From NCBI GenBank assembly GCA_951812955.1, contig OX638340.1, positions 1,248,001 through 1,312,000 of the forward strand: 64,000 nt of DNA, read 5' to 3'. The notes below the pieces were generated by a model. The model did not search any database and was not told the origin of the DNA. It saw nothing but the letters and a program-made list of their open reading frames with translations. Made by a program: the position numbers and the translations under genes. Numbering within the stretch: position 1 is the stretch's first letter; each line of letters opens with the position of its first letter. This DNA comes from an uncultured Gemmatimonadota bacterium. GTDB lineage: Bacteria; JAAXHH01. Shown piece after piece: positions 56,893 through 64,000 of this stretch.

Positions 56893-57990
56893 ATGGCATT
56901 CGAAATCCTGGAACAAGGCATGATCGCCCGGCAGCCGACCACCGGGCCGGACGCAGTCGCGGCATGCTCCCGCTGCGTGGTCACCGCGGAAAGCAACCTG
57001 GTCTGTTCTTTCGCCGTACAGGAAGCGCTCGGTCAGAATGACTTCAAGCAGGTCATCGTCCATTCAGACGACGGCGGCCGAACGTGGACTAAGCCCGCCT
57101 ATATGTGGCCCCATCTGCACGACGATTTCGCGCACATCGGTTCTATAAGCAAGGCGCCGGACGGAACCTGCTTCATCACGGGCATTCGCATCCCCATCGA
57201 CTCCCCCGGCGAATCGTTCTGGCTCGACGAAACCCAGGGCATCAAGCAGAACGCCATGTTCTGGGCGTCCTCGGCGGACCAGGGACTAACCTGGACCGAC
57301 CCGGTTCCCATCGACCTGCCCGCCGCCGGTTCGGCCGAAGCGCCCGGCGCGCTCACCGTGACCCGCGACGGATCGTGGATCTGCTGCTATTCGCCTTACA
57401 ACACCTTTGATCCCGACGTGGAAGTGGACCGTAACCGGGTGGTTTACCTGCGTAGCGAGGACCGGGGCGCTACCTGGCAACATGGATCGATGCTGCGTTT
57501 CGACGACGCCGGATCTACTGCCGCCGAGGCTTGGGTTGTGGAACTGGCCGATGGCCGGCTCCTCGGCGCGTGCTGGCAAATCGCGCCGCACGGCAAGCCG
57601 GACTATCCCAACGCGTACGCCCTGTCCCATAACGGCGGCCTGTCGTGGACGCCCACCCGCTCCACGGGCACAATGGGCCAGTCCATATCCCTGACCGCCC
57701 TGGCGGACGGAAGTGCGCTGATGGCATACAACCAGCGCCAGCACGGAGAACCGGGAATCCGCCTCGCCGTCGCCCGGCCCGCGGACGATGACTTCGGTAT
57801 CGAAGCGGATGAGCTCGTCTGGAAGGCTGAGGTGCGGACGCAAAGTGACTCCTCCGGCGAACATGACGAGTGGCAGGACTATTCCTTCGGCGAACCCGCG
57901 GTGACCGTCCTTCCGGACGGCGCGTTTCTGGTCGTCTTCTGGCTCATCCAACCCGATGTCCGGGGCATCGGCTACGTCAAGGTAAAGTAG
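56893..57990 (+). CDS. BNR/Asp-box repeat protein (sialidase-like beta-propeller)
   Basis: Four Asp-boxes: SDDGGRTW, SADQGLTW, SEDRGATW, SHNGGLSW. Confidence 0.7.
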   Translation: MAFEILEQGMIARQPTTGPDAVAACSRCVVTAESNLVCSFAVQEALGQNDFKQVIVHSDDGGRTWTKPAYMWPHLHDDFAHIGSISKAPDGTCFITGIRIPIDSPGESFWLDETQGIKQNAMFWASSADQGLTWTDPVPIDLPAAGSAEAPGALTVTRDGSWICCYSPYNTFDPDVEVDRNRVVYLRSEDRGATWQHGSMLRFDDAGSTAAEAWVVELADGRLLGACWQIAPHGKPDYPNAYALSHNGGLSWTPTRSTGTMGQSISLTALADGSALMAYNQRQHGEPGIRLAVARPADDDFGIEADELVWKAEVRTQSDSSGEHDEWQDYSFGEPAVTVLPDGAFLVVFWLIQPDVRGIGYVKVK

Positions 57991-57994
57991 CGCC

Positions 57995-58525
57995 GTGTCC
58001 AGCACCCGGATCATACTGGGCTCCCTGATCGCGGCGTCGGTACGCCACGGCATTTTCACGATCGCCTTGCCCTGGCTTATCCTGTACCAGGCCGCCGGCA
58101 TGGAGGAGATGGGATTCGATTCCGGTTATCCGGCTGCGGGATCGGTGTTCATCCTCCTGGGCGCGGCACTCTATATCCGCGCCTTCGCCGAACGTCTTCG
58201 CATGACCGCCATGGTGGCCGCGTCCAGCGAAACCTTCGAGGATAGTGGCGCGAAGGATCCTCGCCCGGTCTGGTCCGAAGGGATCCACGGATGGTCTCGC
58301 AATCCCCTGCAACTCGGCGTCGTCGTCATCCTGTTCGGAGAGTCCCTCGCCTTCGAATCGCTCTTGTTGCTAGTCTACGCGGCGCTGTATTGGACCTGGA
58401 CGACCCTGTACCTGATCATCGCCGAAGAGCCAGTCCTTAGACGCACACTGGGTGACGAATATACCGCATACTGCCGCCATGTCCCGCGCTGGTTTCTACC
58501 ATTTCGATTCCGCAAGCCGGCCTGA
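57995..58525 (+). CDS. ICMT/PEMT-family membrane methyltransferase, paralog of 45062..45631
   Basis: GIHGWSRNPLQLGVVVILFGESL, EEPVLRRTLGDEYTAYCRHVPRWF. GTG start. Confidence 0.65.
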   Translation: MSSTRIILGSLIAASVRHGIFTIALPWLILYQAAGMEEMGFDSGYPAAGSVFILLGAALYIRAFAERLRMTAMVAASSETFEDSGAKDPRPVWSEGIHGWSRNPLQLGVVVILFGESLAFESLLLLVYAALYWTWTTLYLIIAEEPVLRRTLGDEYTAYCRHVPRWFLPFRFRKPA

Positions 58526-58597
58526 TTCTCCACGCTGAGAGATTTCCTCCAATCGACACGATTCTCGTCGGCCTTCCATATTACACCATACAATTCA

Positions 58598-58627
58598 TGC
58601 CATTTTGGCAGTTCTGCCATTATGGCA
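58598..58627. promoter_or_regulatory. two adjacent 13-bp palindromes TGCCA-N3-TGGCA (tgccattttggca, tgccattatggca) ~200 bp upstream of clpB
   Basis: Read directly. Does not match CIRCE (HrcA) or CtsR consensus. AT-rich context. Confidence 0.35.
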
Positions 58628-58827
58628 TATCTGGTTATTTTCATTCCGGTCTAGCAAACGGAAACTGCCTTCCGGTTATGTCGAAACCCCCGGAAACGCG
58701 GGGATAACACTCCATGGCACACGTTTTGCAATCTATAGGGTGTGTAATGCGTGGGGATAGGGACTGGAGCTGGGACTGAGCGCATACACATACAGATAAA
58801 TTGAAAACGAGCGAGGAGGCAAAGGGC

Positions 58828-61425
58828 ATGAGAACAGACAAACTGACCCAGAGATCGATGGAAGCGCTTCAGATCTCCCAGGAGATCGCACGAGGTCGAA
58901 ACCACAACCGATTGGAGCCCGTCCACCTGGCGCTGGCACTGCTTGATCAAGACGAAAGCCTGGCGGCCACGTTGCTGAAGAAGTCGGGAACGGATCCGGC
59001 TCGAGTCCGGGAGGGACTGGAAGCCGTCCTGGCCAAACTTCCCCGGGTGACCGGGGACGGCGCGTCACTATACGCATCCGACGCTTTCCAGCGTGTACTG
59101 GACGAAGCGCTGAAGGAGGCGCAGGGACTGAAAGACGAATACATCAGCGTGGAGCACCTGCTCCTCGCGCTGTTGAAGGACGGCGGGGAGACCGGCCGCG
59201 CCATGAAGGATGCGGACGCTCACCGCGACGGCATATTGAAAGCCATGCAAGCGGTCCGTGGAAACCAGCGCGTCACCAGCCAGACGCCGGAATCCGGCTA
59301 CCAGGTCCTGGAAAAGTTCAGCATGGACCTGACCGAACAGGCCCGGGAAGGCCGGCTCGACCCGGTCATCGGACGCGACGAGGAGATCCGGAGGGTGATC
59401 AAGGTGCTGTCCCGGCGGACCAAGAACAATCCTGTGCTCATCGGCGAGCCCGGCGTGGGAAAGACGGCCATCGTGGAGGGACTGGCCCAGAAGGTCGTGG
59501 CCGAGGACGTGCCGGAATCCCTAAAGGGACGCAAGGTGATCAGTCTCGATATGGGCGCCATGCTGGCCGGGGCCAAGTTCCGCGGCGAATTCGAGGAACG
59601 ATTCAAGGCCGTGCTGAAGGAGGTGGAGGAGGCCGCGGGCGACATCGTCCTGTTTATCGATGAACTGCACACCATCGTCGGCGCGGGGGCCGCGGAAGGC
59701 GCCGTGGACGCCTCCAACATGCTCAAGCCGGCGCTGGCGCGGGGGACGCTGCGCTGCGTGGGCGCTACGACCCTGGACGAATACCGCAAACATATCGAGA
59801 AAGACGCCGCGCTCGAAAGGCGGTTCGCACCGGTATTCGTCGGTGAACCTTCCGTTGAAGACACCGTGTCCATACTGCGCGGACTCAAGGAGCGCTACGA
59901 GATCCATCACGGGGTGCGCATCCGGGACAGCGCGCTGGTCACGGCGGCGACCCTGGCGGAGCGTTACATCAGCGACAGGTTCATGCCCGACAAGGCCATC
60001 GACCTGATCGACGAGGCCGCGGCGAACCTGCGCATGGAAATCGACAGCATGCCGGCCGAACTGGACGACCTCGAGAAGCAGATCCGACAGCTTGAAATCG
60101 AGCGTGAAGCCGTAAAACACGAAAACGACGCGGAAGAGCGGCTCAAGCCATTGGTTAGCCGGCTGGCCGACCTGGAAGAACAGCGTAACGCCCTGCGGGC
60201 GCACTGGCTCGCCGAGAAAGAGATGGTAAAAACAATCCAGGAGATCAAGGAAAAGACCGAGCAGCTCAAAATCGAGGCCGACCGGGCCCAGCGAGCCGGA
60301 GACTACGAACGGGCGGCCCGTATACAGTACGGTGAGCAACGGGAGCTTGACAGCCGGCTCGAAGAGAAAAACCTGGCGCTTACCGAGTTACAGCAGGAAC
60401 GCCGGATGCTCAAGGAGGAAGTGGACGAGGAGGACATCGCCCAGGTCGTTTCCAAGTGGACCGGGATTCCGGTCAACCGCCTGGTCGAAGGCGAGGTCGA
60501 GAAGCTGGTCCGGATGGAGTCTCGGCTACACAGGCAGGTGGTAGGCCAGGATGAGGCCATCGCCGCCGTTTCCAACGCCGTCAGACGAAGCCGGGCCGGT
60601 CTGGGTGATGGCGACAGGCCCATCGGGTCCTTCCTGTTCCTCGGACCCACCGGCGTGGGCAAGACCGAACTGGCCCGGGCCCTGGGAGAGTTTCTATTCG
60701 ACGACAGGAACGCGATGGTGCGCGTCGACATGTCCGAGTACATGGAGCGCCATTCCGTCGCCCGGCTCGTCGGCGCCCCACCCGGTTACGTGGGTTACGA
60801 GGAAGGCGGCCAGCTGACCGAAGCGGTGCGTCGCAGGCCTTACCAGATCGTGCTGCTTGACGAGATCGAGAAGGCACATCCCGACGTGTTCAACATGCTG
60901 CTGCAGGTCCTCGACGACGGAAGGCTCACGGACGGCCAGGGACGCACGGTGGATTTCAGGAACACCGTGATCATCATGACTTCCAACATCGGGACGGAGT
61001 TCATCGGCGGTCACGATGCGTCCCGAGACCAACAGGTGCGGACGGACGTGATGAATGCGGTGCGTTCCCATTTCTGCCCCGAATTCATCAATCGACTGGA
61101 GGAGATCATCATCTTCCACCCCCTGGACCGGGATCACATCCGGGAGATTGTCCGCATTCAGATTCGCGAACTGCAGGAACGCCTGTCGAAACAGGCCGGA
61201 TTGACGCTGGAACTGGCGCCCGAGGCCGAATCGCTGCTAGCCGATGAGGGGTACGAGCCCCAGTACGGCGCGCGGCCCCTCAAGCGGGTTATACGCAAGT
61301 TCGTTGAGAACCCGCTGTCCATGGCACTGCTCGAAGGCAGGTTCCGTGAAGGGGATGCGATCCGGGCCATCCGCGAGGGCGACCGCCTGGACTTTGTCCG
61401 CCAGGATGCTTCGGCAGCCGCATAA
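58828..61425 (+). CDS. clpB: ATP-dependent chaperone ClpB
   Basis: ClpN repeats, two AAA modules ([15 protein letters not shown]; [18 protein letters not shown]), long middle coiled-coil, C-terminal D2-small domain. ATG with GAGGAGG RBS; the ORF-track 58801 start is TTG. Confidence 0.95.
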   Translation: MRTDKLTQRSMEALQISQEIARGRNHNRLEPVHLALALLDQDESLAATLLKKSGTDPARVREGLEAVLAKLPRVTGDGASLYASDAFQRVLDEALKEAQGLKDEYISVEHLLLALLKDGGETGRAMKDADAHRDGILKAMQAVRGNQRVTSQTPESGYQVLEKFSMDLTEQAREGRLDPVIGRDEEIRRVIKVLSRRTKNNPVLIGEPGVGKTAIVEGLAQKVVAEDVPESLKGRKVISLDMGAMLAGAKFRGEFEERFKAVLKEVEEAAGDIVLFIDELHTIVGAGAAEGAVDASNMLKPALARGTLRCVGATTLDEYRKHIEKDAALERRFAPVFVGEPSVEDTVSILRGLKERYEIHHGVRIRDSALVTAATLAERYISDRFMPDKAIDLIDEAAANLRMEIDSMPAELDDLEKQIRQLEIEREAVKHENDAEERLKPLVSRLADLEEQRNALRAHWLAEKEMVKTIQEIKEKTEQLKIEADRAQRAGDYERAARIQYGEQRELDSRLEEKNLALTELQQERRMLKEEVDEEDIAQVVSKWTGIPVNRLVEGEVEKLVRMESRLHRQVVGQDEAIAAVSNAVRRSRAGLGDGDRPIGSFLFLGPTGVGKTELARALGEFLFDDRNAMVRVDMSEYMERHSVARLVGAPPGYVGYEEGGQLTEAVRRRPYQIVLLDEIEKAHPDVFNMLLQVLDDGRLTDGQGRTVDFRNTVIIMTSNIGTEFIGGHDASRDQQVRTDVMNAVRSHFCPEFINRLEEIIIFHPLDRDHIREIVRIQIRELQERLSKQAGLTLELAPEAESLLADEGYEPQYGARPLKRVIRKFVENPLSMALLEGRFREGDAIRAIREGDRLDFVRQDASAAA

Positions 61426-61644
61426 ATCGGGCTCAGGGGTTCGTTGCCGGCCGCCTCATAGTGTGGTCACCTGGGATCGTATTCGGCCGCCTCGCAGTGG
61501 ACACCGGGCATCGTACCTGGTAGCAGGTACAATTGAATTGACTGCGGATTGGCGAATGTTCATCTTAATCTGACGGAAATTGCATACCGTAACAGGTCTA
61601 ACGGGCGATCGACAACCTCCACGGTTCAAAGGCTGCCGCATAAT

Positions 61645-62748
61645 ATGAATAGGCGATCCTTTCTACAAAAATCCGCCGGAGTGACCAGCGCGGGTATCTT
61701 GGCGGGATTCGGTAACCGGACCGAATTCGCTACCGGCCAGACGGCCGATCCGTACGGGCCATCAGGGTCCGTCACGGATGTTGCCGGAATCAAAGTCGGA
61801 CACTTCACCGATACGCGGCGACCCACGGGCTGCACGGTAATCCTGGCTGAAGACGGCGCCGTGGGCGGAGTGGACGTCCGTGGAGGCGCGCCAGGCACTC
61901 GGGAAACCGATCTCCTGGATCCTGTGAACATGGTGCAGCATGTCCACGCTGTCGTCCTGTCCGGAGGCAGCGCCTATGGCCTGGACACGGCCACGGGCGC
62001 GATGCGTTATCTCGAAGAGAAATCCATCGGCTTCGACGTGCGCATTGCCCGGGTGCCGATCGTTCCCGCGGCGATCCTCTTCGATCTAGGCATCGGTGGC
62101 AAACCCCATATTCGTCCCGACGCAGAAGCCGGCTACCAGGCCTGCGAAGCCGCAACGCACGGTCCGGTGGCCGAGGGCAGTGTCGGGGCGGGAGCGGGTG
62201 CCACGGTGGGTAAGATGTCCATCGGTGCACCAGGCACGCGCACGTCCATGAAAAGTGGCATAGGCAATGCGTGCTTCACCATGCCTGACGGGCTCAGGGT
62301 CGGCGCCATCGTTGCGGTGAATGCCGTGGGCGATGTGTACGATCCGGACACGGGGAGTGTGCTCGCCGGCGCGAGGATGCCGGATGGGTCCGGATTCGTC
62401 CAGATAGTCCGGCGGATCCGTGAGTCGGGGTCTCTTAGGTTGGAGACGCCGCCGGGAAATACGACCATCGGTGTGATCGTGACCAATGTCGGGCTGACCA
62501 AGACCCAGGCCAACCGGATCGCCCAGGTCGGGCACGACGGACTGGCCCGCGCTATCAATCCATCCCACCTCCAGGCGGATGGAGACACCCTTTTCGCCAT
62601 GGCCACCGGGACCTGGGAGGGCGACGTAAACCTGTCTCTGGTATCCATCCTTGCGGCGGAAGCCGTCACCCGGGCCATCATCCGCGCCGTGGTGACAGCC
62701 GATGGGCTGCCCGGGTATCCTTCCTATTCGGACTTGAACAATGGCTGA
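61645..62748 (+). CDS. S58 (DmpA/OAT) family peptidase, L-aminopeptidase / D-Ala-esterase-amidase-like, with twin-arginine signal
   Basis: MNRRSFLQKSAGVTSAGILAGF (Tat motif RRSFLQK), GIKVGHFTD (family hallmark), autoproteolysis-type Gly-rich blocks. Confidence 0.75.
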   Translation: MNRRSFLQKSAGVTSAGILAGFGNRTEFATGQTADPYGPSGSVTDVAGIKVGHFTDTRRPTGCTVILAEDGAVGGVDVRGGAPGTRETDLLDPVNMVQHVHAVVLSGGSAYGLDTATGAMRYLEEKSIGFDVRIARVPIVPAAILFDLGIGGKPHIRPDAEAGYQACEAATHGPVAEGSVGAGAGATVGKMSIGAPGTRTSMKSGIGNACFTMPDGLRVGAIVAVNAVGDVYDPDTGSVLAGARMPDGSGFVQIVRRIRESGSLRLETPPGNTTIGVIVTNVGLTKTQANRIAQVGHDGLARAINPSHLQADGDTLFAMATGTWEGDVNLSLVSILAAEAVTRAIIRAVVTADGLPGYPSYSDLNNG

Positions 62749-62802
62749 CCGTGGGTCCGATGGCCGTGGTGCACCGCCCGTTACGAACGATTACCCACGG
62801 AA

Positions 62803-62871
62803 GAACACGTACCCGTTCCCGTACCCTGAAGCGTTCCCGTACTCTGAAGTGTTCCCGTACACTGAAGCGTT
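62803..62871. repeat. 18-bp tandem repeat x3.5 (gttcccgtacNctgaagN) abutting the start codon of the SSF transporter gene
   Basis: Read directly. The last partial copy runs into the ATG, leaving no room for an SD. Confidence 0.8.
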
Positions 62872-64000
62872 ATGTCCCCCTATGTAACCGCCCTCCTCGT
62901 CTATTCCATTTTCCTCATGGTGATCGGCTGGTGGACGTCGCGGTCGGTACGCCGCGCCGAGGACTTTTTCGTGGCCGGCCGGCGGCTTTCTCCCGTCCTG
63001 CTGTTTTCCACGCTACTGGCCGCTAATCTGGGCGCAGGATCTACAGTTGGCGCCACCGGCATAGGATATACACACGGACTGTCCGCGTGGTGGTGGGTGG
63101 GATCGGCGGGGATCGGCAGTCTCATCCTGGGATTGACCGTCGGGCCCCGCATGTGGCGCGTGGCAAAGGACCACGACCTGTACACGGTCGGAGATTTTCT
63201 GGAGCACCGGTATAGCCGCAGTGTCCGGGGTCTCATCGCGGTACTGTTATGGTTCGGTTCCCTGGCGATCCTGGCCGGCCAGTTCATTCCCCTTGCCTGG
63301 ATCCTCAACCTGGTCCTGGGCATCCCGAAGTACGTCGCCTGCCTGGCCGGCGGCGCCGTGGTGGTCGTGTATTTCACCTTCGGGGGCCTGACGTCCACGG
63401 CCCGGGTCAACATGGTCCAGCTGGTGGTGAAAATCTCCGGTTTCGTCCTTGCTTTTCTCCTGATCGTCTCAGGGGGCGATCTCCTGTCCGCCGAAGGCGT
63501 GGCGAAGGAAGGATTCACGACCTGGTTCGGAGACGATCCGTCCCGTATCTGGGCCTACTTCATCGTCCTCGTTCCCGCCTTTATCGTTTCGCCGGGCCTT
63601 CTGCAGAAGATCTACGGCGCAAGGGACGCCAGGGCGGTCCGGCGTGGTGTCTGCACGAATGCTGTCGCCCTGATGCTCTTTGCCTTCATTCCCGCACTGC
63701 TCGGCATGGCGGCCTACCACGCCTTCCCTGCCCTGCCCTCGCAGGACCTGGCGCTGCCCCGCCTGCTGATGGACGCCCTCCCCTTCTGGATCGGCGGACT
63801 GACCCTGGCGGCCGTGTTCTCCGCGGAGATCAGTTCGGCGGACGCCGTGCTCTTCATGCTGACGACCTCTCTGAGCCGGGACCTGTACCAGACCTATATC
63901 GAACCCGGCGCTTCCGAGCAACGGATGCTGACCGTCAGCCGGATCACGGCCGTCGTCGCGGGGCTCGCGGGCGTCGTCCTGGCGGCCGTGCTGCCGGACG
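62872..64000 (+). CDS. sodium:solute symporter (SSF) family transporter, 5' part (gene continues beyond window end)
   Basis: MSPYVTALLVYSIFLMVIGWW...FFVAGRRLSPVLLFSTLLAANLGAGSTVG typical SSF N-terminus; open to the window end, so absent from the ORF track. Start coordinate approximate (+/-2). Confidence 0.75.
   Translation, partial: MSPYVTALLVYSIFLMVIGWWTSRSVRRAEDFFVAGRRLSPVLLFSTLLAANLGAGSTVGATGIGYTHGLSAWWWVGSAGIGSLILGLTVGPRMWRVAKDHDLYTVGDFLEHRYSRSVRGLIAVLLWFGSLAILAGQFIPLAWILNLVLGIPKYVACLAGGAVVVVYFTFGGLTSTARVNMVQLVVKISGFVLAFLLIVSGGDLLSAEGVAKEGFTTWFGDDPSRIWAYFIVLVPAFIVSPGLLQKIYGARDARAVRRGVCTNAVALMLFAFIPALLGMAAYHAFPALPSQDLALPRLLMDALPFWIGGLTLAAVFSAEISSADAVLFMLTTSLSRDLYQTYIEPGASEQRMLTVSRITAVVAGLAGVVLAAVLPD

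Overview
This is a high-GC (~65%) bacterial chromosomal segment carrying about 50 protein genes, one tRNA-Ala(GGC) and no rRNA or CRISPR array. A Bacteroidetes-type bS22 mini ribosomal protein sits next to HU, and several genes lack a Shine-Dalgarno sequence. Together with the content (sulfatases, a TonB-dependent receptor, many Fe/2OG oxygenases) this suggests an uncultured FCB-group marine heterotroph, but that is inference.

Housekeeping genes recognised: leuS (5' part, minus strand at the window start), HU, bS22, sppA, an MltD-like lytic transglycosylase, xerD, lnt, hisB and clpB.

Accessory content, in order along the window:
- A phytanoyl-CoA dioxygenase (PhyH)-family oxygenase fused to HEAT repeats.
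- An AICAR-transformylase-only PurH-like protein.
- Two sulfatases without signal peptides.
- A DHDPS-like / threonine-synthase-like / DUF1537 kinase-PdxA fusion / orphan solute-binding-protein (SBP) module.
- A cysteine-phosphatase::ADP-ribosylglycohydrolase fusion next to tRNA-Ala.
- Three consecutive PLP enzymes plus a creatininase-family gene.
- Two tandem paralogous lipoproteins with Gly/Glu/His repeats.
- An island-like stretch with four more PhyH paralogs, AbrB/Doc and BrnT/BrnA toxin-antitoxin pairs, an enolase-superfamily gene interrupted by an in-frame TGA, an AT-rich remnant, a FAH-family gene, a TonB-dependent receptor and uxuA.
- A probable D-amino-acid / peptide catabolic cluster: DSD1-like aldolase, NSS transporter, aminotransferase, amidase, DAO-like oxidase, amidohydrolase, NHL protein and an S58 DmpA peptidase.

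The window is unusually rich in short intergenic tandem and spaced direct repeats (unit 12-46 bp). Several are seeded from the 3' terminus and stop codon of the adjacent gene.

ORF-track starts printed as M are sometimes TTG or GTG; I re-evaluated starts where possible. My hand-counted coordinates for repeats and motifs may be off by 1-2 nt.
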